Assembly: GCF_001194135.2 (NCBI RefSeq) | Contig: NC_068995.1 | Location: forward strand, 51,160,159 to 51,223,474 | From: Octopus bimaculoides | Taxonomy: Eukaryota | Direction of reading: 5' to 3' | DNA: 63,316 nt | Shown: piece by piece, positions 1-13,960 of the stretch | Position numbering within the stretch: position 1 is the stretch's first letter | How the letters are laid out: each line of letters opens with the position of its first letter | Notes under the pieces: model-generated | The model's database searches: none | Told to the model about the DNA's origin: nothing | What the model saw: only the letters and a program-made list of their open reading frames with translations | Position numbers and translations under genes: made by a program

Positions 1-325
1 TATATATATATATATATATATATATATCAACAAAAGAAAAAGTTCCCTTCATATAATTTCATATAACAATTTTTTAGTATACTGAAAGAAGAAAGCATAC
101 AGCACTCATACATAACATTTATTCTCAGTGTGTATAAAAGTTTCACAACTCAAGTTGTAAGATTTAGGTGAGTAAGTATTTTTTTTCTTTTTTTTTCTGT
201 TTGTCATTCTGCATTTAGTGATATTTAGTAATCAGGCAGTTTGTCAAAGGACGAACTGTCTGATAACAAAAGGAAAAAAAAAAAAAAAAGAATTTAGATT
301 AGCATTGATTTTTTAATAGACAGCA

Positions 326-548
326 CTAATATAGATAATCTAGCTCTGTATGAATGAACTGTTTCAGTCTCTCGAGATACTGTCCATAAAGTTCAACATC
401 GTTATGGCCTGCACCTTCTACCCACAAGGGTTCCACTGCTCTCGGACAGCGTTCATATATAGCAAGGCCATGTGAGAAATCAATCACCTCATCATCGGTG
501 CCATGGATGACTAAAACTGGAGATGAGATCTTTGGAACTTTGTCGATG
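326..548 (-). CDS. ABHD17: ABHD17 last coding exon (223 nt incl. TAG)
   Basis: Long polypyrimidine tract then CCAG|C ATC GAC AAA. AG+C makes Ser216 and joins exon 1 in frame. Encodes IHGTDDEVI (Asp235) and GAGHND (His264). Spliced product is 289 aa with a complete Ser-Asp-His triad. Confidence 0.97.
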
Positions 549-1200
549 CTGGAAAGAAAAAAAGAAAAGAAAAGAAAAAGAGGATTAAAACAATGGATTA
601 CTTTGAAAATTAGAGAACATTTCAATACATAAAAACAAATATATACAGTGGTACATTTTAAGATAAATATCATCACCATCATTATTTAAAGTTCGTCATC
701 CATGCTGGCCATGAGTTGAAAATGGTTAGACAGGATCCAATAAGCCAGAAGACTTGTTGGATCCTGATATAGGAGCTACACACACACATATTTTACAACA
801 TTTTAAAATATGTTAATAAAAGTTTTCTCCAGTTTTTTAAATAACCAAATATTTGTAGAGTAGGTGAGGTGTATGTGAACATAATTTTAGCTGACTTGTG
901 TCATGTTTTAACTTTCCTCTTTCAAATATATTGACAGCATCAACATGGCAAATTGCAATCTGTCACAAGAAATGAAAAGCACACTGTACCTGTGGCTCTA
1001 GTTACCCAGCCACAGTGATTTGGAGATCACCAGTTTCAATGTGCCTACATGAGTTCTGTGACCCAGAGAAAGAAACAGTCTCAATGGTGAGGTGTTGTTA
1101 GAACTGAGTTTGTCAAGTAGGTTCAGGATATCAGCAATAACAACTCCAGTGGGATCATGATGACCATCACTGAGCAGATCAAAGTGACAGAGTCAACAAT

Positions 1201-1420
1201 CAAAAGAAGGGCCAGTTCAGGTCCAGCAAAACCTAGCTGGGGCAACCAGTAAGTCTGGTCAAAGTACTTGTTGAAGAAGTTGAAGCCCTTTGAGAAACCT
1301 GCAATGATCTTCTATGAGAAGAACTTTGACAAGACCAGAAGGTAGACAGGAGTGACAGGGACAAGTAGCTCTTTGCAGACCCCCAAGGAGTTGCTCACAA
1401 CAAAGCACACTGGGTTCCTA
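1201..1420 (+). pseudogene. Degenerate Tc1/mariner-superfamily (maT/DD37D-like) transposase fragment
   Basis: With frameshifts reads RRGQF...KYLLKKLKPFEKPAMIFYEKNFD(Q)DQKVDRS.DK*LFADPKELLTTKHTGF, resembling the recalled maT-type RRGQF...FSDEKNFDQDQKVNRRNDRWL...TKFP block. Confidence 0.55.
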
Positions 1421-2430
1421 TTGTCTCTGAAGGAAAGTCTGTTATCATACACTTGCTATACAACAACACAACTAAAACCCATACAATCACTACAAGTGCA
1501 AACCCTCTTCACAACATCCGATGATCTGCCATGGTCGTTTCTTCATTTGGACTGACGTCGCTAACCACTTAACAAAAGATCAGAAAAGACTTCAGCTCTG
1601 ACAAATTACTAACTTTCTAGAAGCTCAAATGTAACACAATAATTTACAGTAAAAGAGCCTCTAAACGGTAACCCAATCTGCTAAAAATAACACCGCAAAT
1701 CTCTCTCAAATCAGACTGTCTTAAAAAATGCATATTACATGGTTCCACTTTGTCTGAAATAGAATATGGGATGATCACAGCTGGAATGGCTTTCATCAGA
1801 TATTTGTTTAGTTAAAATTGACCTGAGGTTAACATCTATGCAATGGTGGAATTGGCACACACAAATACCCAGGGTCCTATAAAGACAGACAGTGTCCAAA
1901 GGTCAAGAGTGCTGACCTTTCTCCCCTATCTAATAAATAAATAAATAAAGATACTATATATTCCATATAAGGTCATAGATTGAGGAAGACAAATGACAGT
2001 TACAATAACATTCTGGTGAAATAATAAAATCATATTTATACAAGAACCCCTCACCCACCATAATAAGAATTGAAGCTGATTAAAATGGCCAGAGAGTCTT
2101 AAGACAGCAAAAACTAATTACCAACACATCCCCTGCTTAGTTTCATGTTTAGCTTGATACAACAATAACATGGTGATGAAAAACTAGTTGCTGGTTAGTG
2201 ACCTTTGAGTCATAACTTTTTTTTTATTAATTTACAAGCCGTCTAATGAAAACTACAGTTAAATTTTCATAAAATACAGGAAATATCCCAAACCATTTTT
2301 TAGATAAGGTAATCAGAGGAAGAAGGGAGGCAATGCTCATGGCCCTTTCAAGTTTTCCAGGACTGAGGAGATTAATTTTCATCTTGTACAACTGACCCCA
2401 GAATGCTCAGACCCACCTGGAGATCAGACC

Positions 2431-2865
2431 CTGTCAACAAATACAGAAGTCAGGATCTTTAACACAAATGTGAAAATGGTTCTGCTATATGCATGTGAAA
2501 CATGATAAATCACAAAGTTCTCTAACAATAAACTCCAACATTTGTAAACAAATGTGTCTGGAACAACCTTTGGGTGAGATGGCAAGATAGACTCACAAAG
2601 TCTTGTGGGAGCATTAGAACTAGCAACCTATCAAAAGCCAGATCAAGAGGAGAAAATGGGGTTGGCTGGGACACACCTTATGGAAACCGGTTTCCAACAT
2701 TAAAACTACCAATAGACAACCCCAAAGAAGAAAGAAGTATAGTAGACCAGGCAACTACACCTGGGACAGCTGCAATCCATTGCCAAAACTCGAAGTAGAA
2801 CGAGGTCTCTTAATGTTGCCCAATGCTCCACATGGAGTTATGGATGCTAAATAATGATGATGATA
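2431..2865 (+). mobile_element. Degenerate RTE-clade LINE 3' fragment (family distinct from the abundant RTE below)
   Basis: LSTNTEVRIFNTNVKMVLLYACET* and IKRRKWGWLGHTL are typical RTE ORF C-terminal motifs; stops and frameshifts; short (ATG)n tail. Confidence 0.75.
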
Positions 2866-4424
2866 AGAGAATGCAATTGATTCCTTTCTTAGGGTTCAAC
2901 AACCATAGCTAGACAGGAAGATTTGGCGTGAGAAATGCTGCTAGAGTGATGTAATCCTGGTGCATGGGAGGACTGTTGACTGAACTCAATTTAAGCAGGA
3001 TCATTTACCATAGATAATTGTATGGCTTTTGGGAGGATATATGCTAGAGTTTACAATTTAAAAAAAATCTATTCATGGTGTTAAATAATTGACAAATATG
3101 CCTCCGACAATATAACAATTAGTTTATCTCAGATTTTAACTGTGGGCTGATATGGACTCAGTTCATCAAATTAATAAAAGAATCACAAGAAAAAAAAAAA
3201 GGAAGGAAAAGAAACCAAAGTTATTTCTCATTAAGCTTTTTCTAGAATGTAGTTAAAACAGTGTAATTAGGACACCATTTGAAATCCCACCACTTTACGT
3301 CTATATATATATTAAGTTTATGTTGTACAATATAGAACAACTCAAAATGTTATGTCTTAATGTTATTGCTGACCATACCATACTGGTCACTTGTGCTCTT
3401 GGAATACTAAGAATGGAAGAAAAAATGCTATTTACTAATTAATAGTTCATAACTCAATTGTGAATAAGAAAACTTAAATCTAGCTTGGTTTTCTTGCTAA
3501 AGAAGTATAACTGAAATGCAAATATAGAATGCAGTGTTTTTGGATCCTGCAAAGTGTAAGTGGGCACCCAAAAGTAAAATATTTGGAGTCTCAGTTTACT
3601 TTTTGCTATGCTCTCAAAATGAAACAGGAAGCTGCATGTGATGTGGTAGTGAGAGTCACTCCTATATTGAATAGTTTTTACAAATTTTATCATTGAATGT
3701 TAAATATTACGTGTAGCTGTCTCAAGGCTGTTGTTAATTAGACTGGTTATCAACTCAGCTCTTGAGTTGTACAAGAGGAAACAATTCAAAGACTATAAAA
3801 GTGAAAAAATGCTGGAAAGGTAATGTCTTTTATGAAGGAGACAGAAGATTAGAGATGCATTATATTGGACATGATGCATATGAACACTGCGCCCTTAATT
3901 CAAGTAATGTCCTAAATACACTGTTTATCCACATAATGAAAGAAGAGCCATGCGAAATAGCCTTGTTTTCTTTTCATAGGTATGAGAGACATGTAAAGTA
4001 ATATGCTTTTTGCTCTACGTTTATTACAGGATTACAATTTATGACTTAAGCAGTTCATAGTATTAAACTACTTGGTGAGCATGAGCCAAGCAGAAAACTG
4101 CTGCATGAGCTGCCAGAAATAGCAGCCAAACTTTTCACAAACCCTGTCTACCAACTTTAAAAAATGGTACATTGAATAATGTAGTCCAGACACACAGATA
4201 CACTGTTTAAGAGAGACAGAGAGAAGCTTGAATGTTTTCATTGTAGGTTTGACTTGATCAAGGCTGAAAACAATAACTTAATTGGTACAAATTACAAACA
4301 ACTGAATGATGTGAAAATACTCATGGAGATTAATATTACTTTTAATAATGTTACTTAACCTCCTCACTCCTCTTTACAATCCTTATCTCATAGTTTGATT
4401 TACTCAACTGTGTCACTGCCTGGT

Positions 4425-4640
4425 TGTAACCTTATCTCTATCTCAGAACTGGTCAGTGGATTGTGACCTTATCTCTACCTCAGAACTGGTCAGTGGATTG
4501 TGACCTTACCTCTACCACAGAACTGGTCAGTGGATTGTGACCTTATCTCTACCACAGAACTGGTCAGTGGATTGTAACCTTATCTCTACCTCAGAACTGG
4601 TCAGTAGATTGTAACCTTATCTCTACCTCAGAACTGGTCA
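4425..4640. repeat. Minisatellite, 37-bp unit x about 5.8
   Basis: TGT(A/G)ACCTTATCTCTACCTCAGAACTGGTCAGTGGAT starting at 4425, 4462, 4499, 4536, 4573 and 4610 (partial); no spacers. Confidence 0.95.
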
Positions 4641-5985
4641 TTCTGTAAAAATGATTAATAGTTACTAGGTCACAGTTTCGGGAATGCAATGTTATTTAGT
4701 ATTAGAAATTTAAGACCTTTGGTCAAGTAGTCCAATACCCCAAACACATAGCTATCACTTTCAAATTAAAGTTTCAAGTATCAGTTTTCAGGTAAGAGTT
4801 TTGAATTTGGTTCAGTTTTACTGCCACAGCTTTGCATTTGCTCAACGTATATTAGCCCTGTTCATTTTATTCTCACTGAAAATAAAGACCATGTATGCTT
4901 CAATGGTTTGCATTAAGTAGGTTATCTGTCTGCAAAAACTTGTTTCACATTTCAAGTGAATCTCCCCAAATCTGAAATTTTCTCAGAAATCAAATACAGA
5001 ATACTAAAAATAGAACACATACTGTTCTTGAGTTTATGGTTTACTTTCTTCATGCTGATACGAATTAGTTAAGATACTTGAAGTGCTTCTTATGATCTAC
5101 GGATCTGACTGATCTTAAATGCATGTTAAAATTCATATTGCATTAAAATAAGGCAGCATTAGTTACGTTTATAAAACAAGCAAGACTTTATACTTATCAA
5201 AAATTAATCTCGGTGACTATTCTTTAAATGTTTTTACTTATTTTGTCCCAGCCTAAATTAATCTTAGTGATAGAAATGAAAGAAGCTAATTTATATTGTG
5301 CTTCTCAGAGAAGAAACAGAAGCAAAATTAAAACTCGTTTTAATCAAGCCCAAATTTAAGTCATACTGATTACTTAAGAACAAAGCCTAACATTTGAAGA
5401 AAGGAAACAAATTTGTCATACTCATTCATTTCTCAAATGGCTTCACTTTGTTATGAATTTACTTATTTAAAATTTGCCATCCAGTTCTATCAATAATTAT
5501 TAATAACATTCAGAGATTTGCTTTAATTATTGCTAAAAGGAGATAACAAATTATGAACATATCGAGTAATGATGCAGTTATTTCTAACAAATGTCTGCGA
5601 TTAGTGTCAGTCTGAAATCATTAATGGAAAAATAGCACTAATGAATCACTAGAGATATATGATAGTACCAAATAAATTTGAACTTATATTTCCAGTCTAC
5701 AGTATTTCCAGACTACTGTAGACAAGTAGTTGAGCTAAGTTACTGAAGAACTAAAAAGAAAAAAAAAAAAAANNNNNNNNNNAAAAAAAAAAAAAAAAAA
5801 AAACTTTATATGATATATATTTTAAAGAAAAAATTATTGAAAACAATTAAACAAAATTTGATTTAACGAGATCATGCCACAAAAATCAATGAGGTTTCTT
5901 AAACTGTCTACCTCTATACTACAGAAACGTAAATATAATTGCGGTGTTTCAATTTTTAGAAAGCCATAAATTCAATGATGTAAAA

Positions 5986-6661
5986 TATGGTCATGTGTTA
6001 TGTCTGGATGAGGACAGCTGAGTGAGGAAGTGCTATACCCTAACAGTGGAAGGAACCTGTGGAAGAGGTAAACCCAGGAAGACATGGGATGAGGTGGTGA
6101 AGTATGACCTTTGAACGTTGGGCCTCACAGGGGCAATGACAAGAGACCAAGACCTTTGGAGATATGCTCTGATTGAGAAGACCCAGCAAGTAAAGTGAGA
6201 TCGCAGCCATGGCTGATGCCAGTGTTGCATGTCCAGCCTAAAAGTACCCTTGATGCATCGGGCGATATGATATGCTTGAGAAAACCTGTTGAGTCAAGTA
6301 AAACCAAAATTGTAGCTGTGGCCAGTGCTCCCTGACTGGCTCCCTTGCCAGTGGCATGTAAAAAGCACCATCTGAACATGGTCGATGTCAGTGTTGCCTG
6401 ACTGGCTCCCATGCCAGTGGCATGTAAAAAGCACTATCCGAATGTCACCGATGCCAGGGCCGCCTGACTGGCTCCTGTGCCAGTGGCATGTAAAAAGCAT
6501 GCACTAAACTCTTGGAGTGGTTGGCATTAGAAAGGGCATCCAGCTGTAGAAACATTGCCAGATCAGATTGGAACCTGGTGCAGCCAGTGGCTTTCCAGAC
6601 CTCAGTCAAACCATCCAACCCATGCCAGCATGGAAAACGGATGTTAAATGATGATGATGAA
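5986..6661 (+). mobile_element. 5'-truncated RTE-clade LINE: ORF C-terminus, 3' UTR and (ATG)n tail
   Basis: 5986-6198 reads YGHVLCLDEDS*VRKCYTLTVEGTCGRGKPRKTWDEVVKYDL*TLGLTGAMTRDQDLWRY. The UTR has three 66-bp repeats (6321, 6387, 6453) and ends ...GTTAAATGATGATGATGA. Confidence 0.85.
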
Positions 6662-8026
6662 AGACATGATTAACAGAAAGGTAAGTTTTTAAAATCATTT
6701 TGAAAACATGGCGAGGTGACAAAGCACATTTATGTGAAACCAGTTGACTCAATCATACAGAATATTTTATAAGATTATCAGAGAATGTGAATTTTTGTTT
6801 TCTTTTTAGAAAATAATAATTAAAAAATGAGTTTACTGAACTTTCTGATTTCAAAATGAAACTATCAGAGTGCAAAATAAAATCTTGGTGAAACTGAGAT
6901 GAAAAACAAAGTCTCTAACTAAAAAATGGCTATCACAGGAGTTATTCTGAAGACTGTTGTTTGGTAGAAAGAAATATAGTAAACTTGTTATTTACATATT
7001 AGAGGCATGGATTGTCATGAAATCATGTGCTGAAACAGATGTTGTGTCTTGGGAAGGTCATTTTGCAAATAAAGCCACATGCACTGGCTCTATTCCATTG
7101 TTTACTTTAATTCAGCTAAAATCAGATAAACTAATTAACCAATGAACTGACTGCTTGATTAAAAAATTTGGCAATGAAAGGATTCTGACAAACAAACTGA
7201 CTGATTGAGCAACTGGTTAATCAATTTGTTAACTGGTTAAATAGTTGACTAATAATGGGAAAAAGTGCATGTGCTTTATTGGCTAGGTGATTGTCCCACA
7301 ATTGTAATACAATCCTGTTGAAAATGATTAAATAATATTTTGTTTTCTGATAAGACAGTTATAATGTGTTTGCTTAATGAAATCTGTTCTGAGTAGAGAT
7401 AACTATGGCTTCTCCACATCGTAAGTAAAATCACAACTATATCATAAAAGTAATATCAACAGACTTAAGTCACAAAGAGAAGACCAAAGAGATCAACAAA
7501 ATATCTTCTGTCCTTTTTTTTCTCTCCATCTTTCAACAGTAGCTGGCTCACAAATGTTAAATAGACAAATTTCCAGACTGACAGGCACAAACCTGGAAGC
7601 ACACATGTATAATAGATTTATAATATATAAATATGCAGAATGTGCAGAAGGATTAAATATGAATAGAGAATGAGAAAGACAATTGATTTTCTTGTTCCCA
7701 GATACTCAAACACAAAATATAATCAGATTCATTGCCATAAGCAAAAACATTTAGAATAGGCAATAAAATCAAACAAGAAAACAATTTTGAATGGATTTCA
7801 GATACATATATATAATATAAATATGTCTGAAGAAATTATGTGAAATGGCAATGCTATATCTTGAAGACCTGCAATGCAGCTATATTCAGAATATCCCTTT
7901 TCAACAATATTTTTGCATCATGATATCCCATTGAAAGTCATGCACTAGCACCGCTTTTAGTGTCTTGACCTTGGTCAATGATAGCCAAAACAAGAACATG
8001 TATCAATGAAATCAAATATGAAAAAT

Positions 8027-8154
8027 GGCAGGTGCAGACGTTGCTGGTTGTGTGGTAAGTAGTTTGCTTCACAACCACATGGTTTTGGTTTCAGTCCCAC
8101 TATATGACACCTTGGGCTGACCAAAGCCTTATGGCTTGATTTGATGGCATCCAG

Positions 8155-8187
<33 letters not shown>
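8027..8187 (+). mobile_element. SINE family A 5' half (tRNA-like head), ending in (TA)n
   Basis: TGTGTGGTAAGTAG...GTTTCAGTCCCACT...CACCTTGGG; matches the copy at 31855 with internal deletions. Confidence 0.7.
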
Positions 8188-8189
<2 letters not shown>

Positions 8190-8931
8190 CATCATCATTG
8201 TTTAGTGTCTGTTTTCCATGCAGGCATGGGTTGGATGGTTTGAATGGGGACTGGCAAGTCAGTAGGCTGCACCAGGCTCCAGTCTAATCCGGCAAGGTTT
8301 CTACTGCAGGATGCACTTCCTAATGCCAACTACTCTGAGAGTGTAGTAGGTGCCTTTAATGTGCTACTGGCACAGGAGCCAGTCAAACAGTACTGGCATC
8401 GACCATGGTGCTTTTTATTTGCCATCGGCATAGGAGGCAGTCGGCAGGGACTGGTTTCGGACACGTTCAGATGGTGTTTTTTTATATGTGCCACCGGCAC
8501 GGGGAGCCAGTCAAGCAGCACTGCATCAGCTACAACTACAATTTTCATTTTGATTTGATTGATTTTACTTGACTCAATAGGTCTTCTCAAGCGCAGTATA
8601 TCACCCGACAATTCAAGGGTACTTTTAAATGGGCTGATTATGCACTTTACTTGCTGGGTCATTGGCTACAATTCAATTTGACTTGACTCAACAGGTCTCC
8701 TCAAGCACAGCATATTGCCTGATGATTCAAGGGTACTTTTAAATGGCCTGGTTATGCGACACTGGTATCAGCCATGGCTATGATCTCACTTTACTTGCCG
8801 TGTCTTCTCAATCACAGCATATCTCCAAAGGTCTTGGTCTCATGTCATTGCCTCTGTGAGGCCTAATGTTTGAAGGTCATGCTTCACCACCTCATTCCAT
8901 GTCTTCCGGGTCTCCCTCTTCCACAGGTTCC
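8188..8931 (-). mobile_element. 5'-truncated RTE LINE copy with internal duplication, inverted relative to 5986-6661
   Basis: Reverse complement gives GTCGRGRPGRHG-/TWNEVVKHDL...WRYA coding tail and the same UTR. A segment of about 115 bp is duplicated at about 8520-8760. The tail abuts (TA)n. Confidence 0.85.
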
Positions 8932-9198
8932 ATCCATGAACTATATATATATATGTCCACAGCTAGCCACCTACACTTTTCTCTGCAAAATAGGGGTAGT
9001 TTATCCTGTTCAGGCTATATTATTAGCATTATTCTGCGATTGAGAATTTAAAATCACTTCTTTAACTTTCTAAAAGACATCTCAACGCTTCTAAATGCAA
9101 ACTTCGTTTGTTTATTTACGTTTGTCGTAATTTGAATTTAATATATATGTGTGTGTGTGTGTATATATACTCACACACACATGTATATATATATATAT

Positions 9199-9305
9199 GC
9201 AAGGCTATATGGTTAAAAAGTTTGCTTCCCAAGCACATGGTCTTGGGTTCAGATCCACTGCATAGTACCTTGGGCAAGTGTCTTCTCTTATAGCTCCAGG
9301 TCACC
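9199..9305 (+). mobile_element. SINE family A head fragment
   Basis: TGGTTAAAAAGTTTGCTTCCC...GGGTTCAGATCC...ACCTTGGGCAAGTGTCTTCT. Confidence 0.7.
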
Positions 9306-11979
9306 AGATTAAAAATTCAGGTGACTAAAAAACAAAATTATTTCATCAGTTTACACTAAAAACCTTAATATCCATACATACAACAGAGAAAGGTGAATGC
9401 TCACAGAAATACACATTATCAGTCGTGAAACGCACAACTGAGAAAAGCCCCAACAATCTCCTCCAATATATACATCAAAACCGAAAGAAATTAATGGAAT
9501 AACAATCAAAGATGCATATACAGACAAGTTAAAACTAATCTATTAGAACTATAGAGAATTCAATACAGAACCAGCAATATACCACTGAACAAACTTCAGA
9601 TGACCGATGTAATTTACAAATATGTTGCAAAAATTGCAACATAATACAGGACAAAGCAGACATGGAAATGTTTTATTAGAATGCCAACTCAGAGTGGGTT
9701 ATAGTTGACAACATAGCTATCTTAAATCAAATTCACCACTAAAAGATCAGTCATTGAAGCTAAAATAATAACAAAATTTAGACAAATATCACATCTTAGT
9801 AACAAAGGTAGCCAAGTCCTGATAGCAAGAAAGAAGAAAAACAACAAAAACACTACTATTAATGATAAATTTCAAATTTGTAGATATGTATAAGGTAATT
9901 AATTCACAACTGCCAAAATAACAATAAAAGATAACATATGCCACTCAGAACTACTTCTGAGGTCCAGAAATATTGAAGGAGTTGGGAACAGTTGCACTTT
10001 TAATAATATTTGTCTGTAAAAGCAATTGCCCATATCAATACATGTGTGCAAATAAATGATAACATTGTTGTCCAGCAGATGGGCGACATATTGAGTTTGC
10101 TATTGGGTTTATAGCACTTTTGAGGCACAATGACTATAAAGTTAAGATAGTGGACTAATGACCATAAGTTACAATTACAAAATCTTACAGCCATGGTGGT
10201 ACTTCAGTCAAGGAAGAAGTGAATAGGAATACTGATTTAGTTCTTGGGTAATGTTCAAGCAATCAAAATATCACATGCACACACATTTAAAATTGTGTTG
10301 CATAAAAATGCACACTGGTTTTGGTAATGTGAAATGATTACAAGCATTCGGGTTATGCAAATTCCTTTAGATGGTAATCTCAAATAGTATGTTAAAGACA
10401 TTTGGTAATCCTAGTTTCAAATCTAAATACATAAAGCTAAAAAACAGAAATCCTGATTTAATATATTTAGGAGAATCTAAAATTACCTACTCTCTGAGGG
10501 TTATAAATCCTGTCTGTGTTTATGTGCTATGCTGAAGACACTGAGTCCAGATAAAATGTTAACTTGGAATAACAATCAGCTTTGGCATGTCTATATTGTT
10601 AACATTGATAGCACCTCAACTATTCATGGGTTTATATATACACACAAACACACGTGCATATACATGTAGCAGCAAATTTGAAATGGAATGTGTAACCCGA
10701 GACAGATATTGACAAACTGGCATATGATGGTATGTGATACTTAAAATAATAATGGTTGCTACAAGTACCTTGAGCCATCTTTAGGCCAATAAAGGAACAA
10801 AAAAAAAAATTAATTAATGGGGTGAACAACTGAAAGCAAAACAGAGTAAAAGGAAGTTAGATATGGTGTTCATTATACAGTATTATGAAGATTTTACAGT
10901 TTTACAGAAAATGCTATAGAAGAGTGTTTGGAGATAGAAATAGGTAGCAAAGATCGGAGAGAAGTTATTTCTGTAAATATTGGGGAATACAATCCTTTTC
11001 TTTATAGGCACAAAATTGAAATTTTGAGGATAGGGGATAGTCATTTAAACATATCAGTTATATAATAAAAGCATTAATTTCCAAGTCCCAACATAACACT
11101 CAGATTGTTTTGCAGTAACTCCCATCACAAGTTTCCACAGAGGCCACCACTTAATCCGCAAGACAAACTTGAACAGTCTGGACATCAAACTAGAATGCAG
11201 TCTACACAGAGACTATATCCTAGGTAAATAACCATGGTCACAGAAGAACAATGTATAGCACTGACCCAAATAAGGTTCTGACCTATCCATTATATTGATT
11301 CAGGAGTTGATGTTGAACATTCAATGAACAAGTTCCATACTATGTCGCTTTGTAAACATATCTAAACCAAGGCAATTCAACAACTTCTCAACACTTACAA
11401 CATTATCTTAAGAATGATCTCCAAACAATGATAAGGTATTTAGAAAAGCGAAGCTTATCTGTTCTATCTTACATCCTTTCCTTTTGCTAGTTTCTGTCCT
11501 TGCACTGACAATACAAGGGCACTGCTTGCAAGCGTGTAGTCGATTGTGGACCCCAGTGTTGATTTGTACTTATTTTATATCAATTCTGAAGGAGGAAAGT
11601 GAATTCAAATTCCAAGCTACAAAAAAAGCATTTTTAGTGATATAGAACTTTTAAAAATGAATTACAGAATCTTTAATGTATTCATTCCTAAATTTTCTAA
11701 GCATGAACTAACATCCCTGATTAGCTGAATGTAGTTTTCAGACATCGATAATCTCTAACTGTTTTTAGATACTAGACTGCAGCAACACAGGAGCACTGTC
11801 TTGTCTTCAAAGGCTTAGTAGACTGTTCAGGTCCCAGTATGGGTATACTGGTACTTACTGTATTGACCTCAGGCGAATCAAAGGCAAAGTGTGGAATCTT
11901 AACTCAGACTATAGAGGGATGCAACCAAATAACACAAGGTATTTTTTCTGATGCTCTACTGATTCTGCTATCCACCACC

Positions 11980-12026
<47 letters not shown>

Positions 12027-12748
12027 ATACATTAGTTCCAGTAGTACTGGTTAAAATGGTCATATACATAATATTCTACCTGAAAAGAATATTGGTGAAA
12101 CTTGGTAAATTTAAGTAATGCATTCATAAGATTGGGTTTATTTGTAATTTTATATATTTAATTTATCTTAAGCCTGCATTAGTTTTCAGTAACGTTACAC
12201 CCACCACCACCATCATCATGCTAGCAATTCTTAGCGGTTNNNNNNNNNNACTAAGGTGAAATGAGCAATTCTTAAAAACACGAATAGAAAATACTTCTGA
12301 AAGAGGTTGGCACGAATTGGGAAAGAATCAGTATTTCATTGCTGTCCTGTATTAAGCTTTAGGTTTTTTGAATAAATTTCTTGAAATACTTCAACATTCT
12401 CCCATTATCGCTATTTTAAAGAACACCAAGAAATGTGAAAAGATTTTCATGGATACTTTTCTAGAATATAATGGTGTGCGTAAATGCACTGAAACAAATT
12501 AGCCTATAAAGACCTGCAACTGTATAATGTATATCGGTGTATTCCTACGGAATGCGAACTATATGCTGAGTAAGGAATGCGTTGCTGAATAGTAATGTAG
12601 TGAAATATGCGACAACTGGGATAGAATGAGTCAAGTAATGTCCTCTAGTTGTGCAATGTGTTTCTTGCCTTTTTTTAAACCAGAGATATCAGAGTAGCTA
12701 AGTGTCAATATGCATTATATATATATGTATATATATATATATATATAT

Positions 12749-12853
12749 ATCATCATCATCATCATCATCGTTTAACGTCCGCTTTCCATGCTAGCATGGG
12801 TTGGACGATTTGACTGAGGACTGGTGAAACCGGATGGCAACACCAGGCTCCAG

Positions 12854-12857
<4 letters not shown>
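12749..12857 (-). mobile_element. Short RTE 3' end embedded in a (TA)n tract
   Basis: (CAT)n-CGTTTAACGTCCGCTTTCCATGCTAGCATGGGTTGGACG...CAGTCTG, with (TA)n directly on both sides. Confidence 0.85.
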
Positions 12858-12911
<54 letters not shown>

Positions 12912-13814
12912 AGAGAGAGTACAACCATGTGAACTGATCAACAAAGGTACCAAGGGAAGAAGTGTATCTAACTGAGGGATACTGAGAAAGAAGTTATTCT
13001 TCTGTGCATACCCAGTCCCACACAAGGTGTGGGTGGGAGGCATCTATGTAACACTTTTGTAAACAATACAACTTGAGAGAGAAAAAAAAAAAAGAATACA
13101 TTTTCCCAGTTGGTATCGAACACTATCACATGCTGACCAAGCAAGTCAGTAATCTAACACCTACCCTTCATTCAGGTACATTGCTATTTTTGGATTCAGA
13201 TGAAGTATACAGTTGTCTACCTGTTTATAGAGAGTTTATTTTAATATGGGTAGCATAGACAGTCCATGTAAAATTTTCCCAGAAACTTAGCTAAAGTTGA
13301 CAGCTAGAATTAGCTATATCAGAGTCTTTGCTTTTTAGGCTGGAATCTTCAACAATCTGAAATGGTTCTGAGTCAAAGGTCACATTTTTGAACCTACACT
13401 TCCTTTCATTATTGATCGACTTACTGAGGGGGAAAAACATTTATGTAGTTTTGAGAAGTTATAACAATACATCATCAAACTTGGCCAAAGTCTCACAGAA
13501 TGTGTCGTGAAAAACAATATAAAATCCATTTGAACAGAGGGAGACAATAGAAGAGTTGAGAAAACATAAGTAGCCAGGTCAGAACTGAGAACACAAGATA
13601 TTATTTACAGAAGAAATGACACGGTTGGGACATGTGGAGAACTAGGGCACAGCAAATATCTTTAAATCAAAATAGATATAAAACTAATGATTTGATCTAC
13701 ATTGAAATATATAAGGAACAAACAGAAAAGAGATGAACCCTCCAAGTTGCAGTGCAAGTAATTCAAAAAGAGCCAAAACAATGCTGAGATGATTAACAAA
13801 TGCATGTTCGTTGG

Positions 13815-13960
13815 TGACCCTACCAGTGTTGGTGGTACAAAGAAAGCACCCAGTACACATTGTAAACTGGTTGGTGTTAGGAAAGGCATCCAACCATAGA
13901 AACTGGTCACACCAGCCATCTCGAGCCAGGATGTAAAGCAGATATTAAATGAGGACACTC
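13815..13960 (+). mobile_element. Degenerate RTE 3' UTR fragment
   Basis: TGGTTGGTGTTAGGAAAGGCATCCA shared motif. Confidence 0.65.

Noticed and set aside
549-682. N-terminal part of ORF 326-682 as coding
   Set aside because: It is intron; the polypyrimidine tract gives the F/L-rich run, and the true exon starts at 548.
4425-4640. 37-bp repeats as a CRISPR array
   Set aside because: Units are contiguous with no unique spacers; eukaryotic intron; no cas genes.
9600-9700. CxxC...H...C zinc-knuckle remnant of a non-LTR element
   Set aside because: Needs a frameshift and has no supporting flanking motifs.
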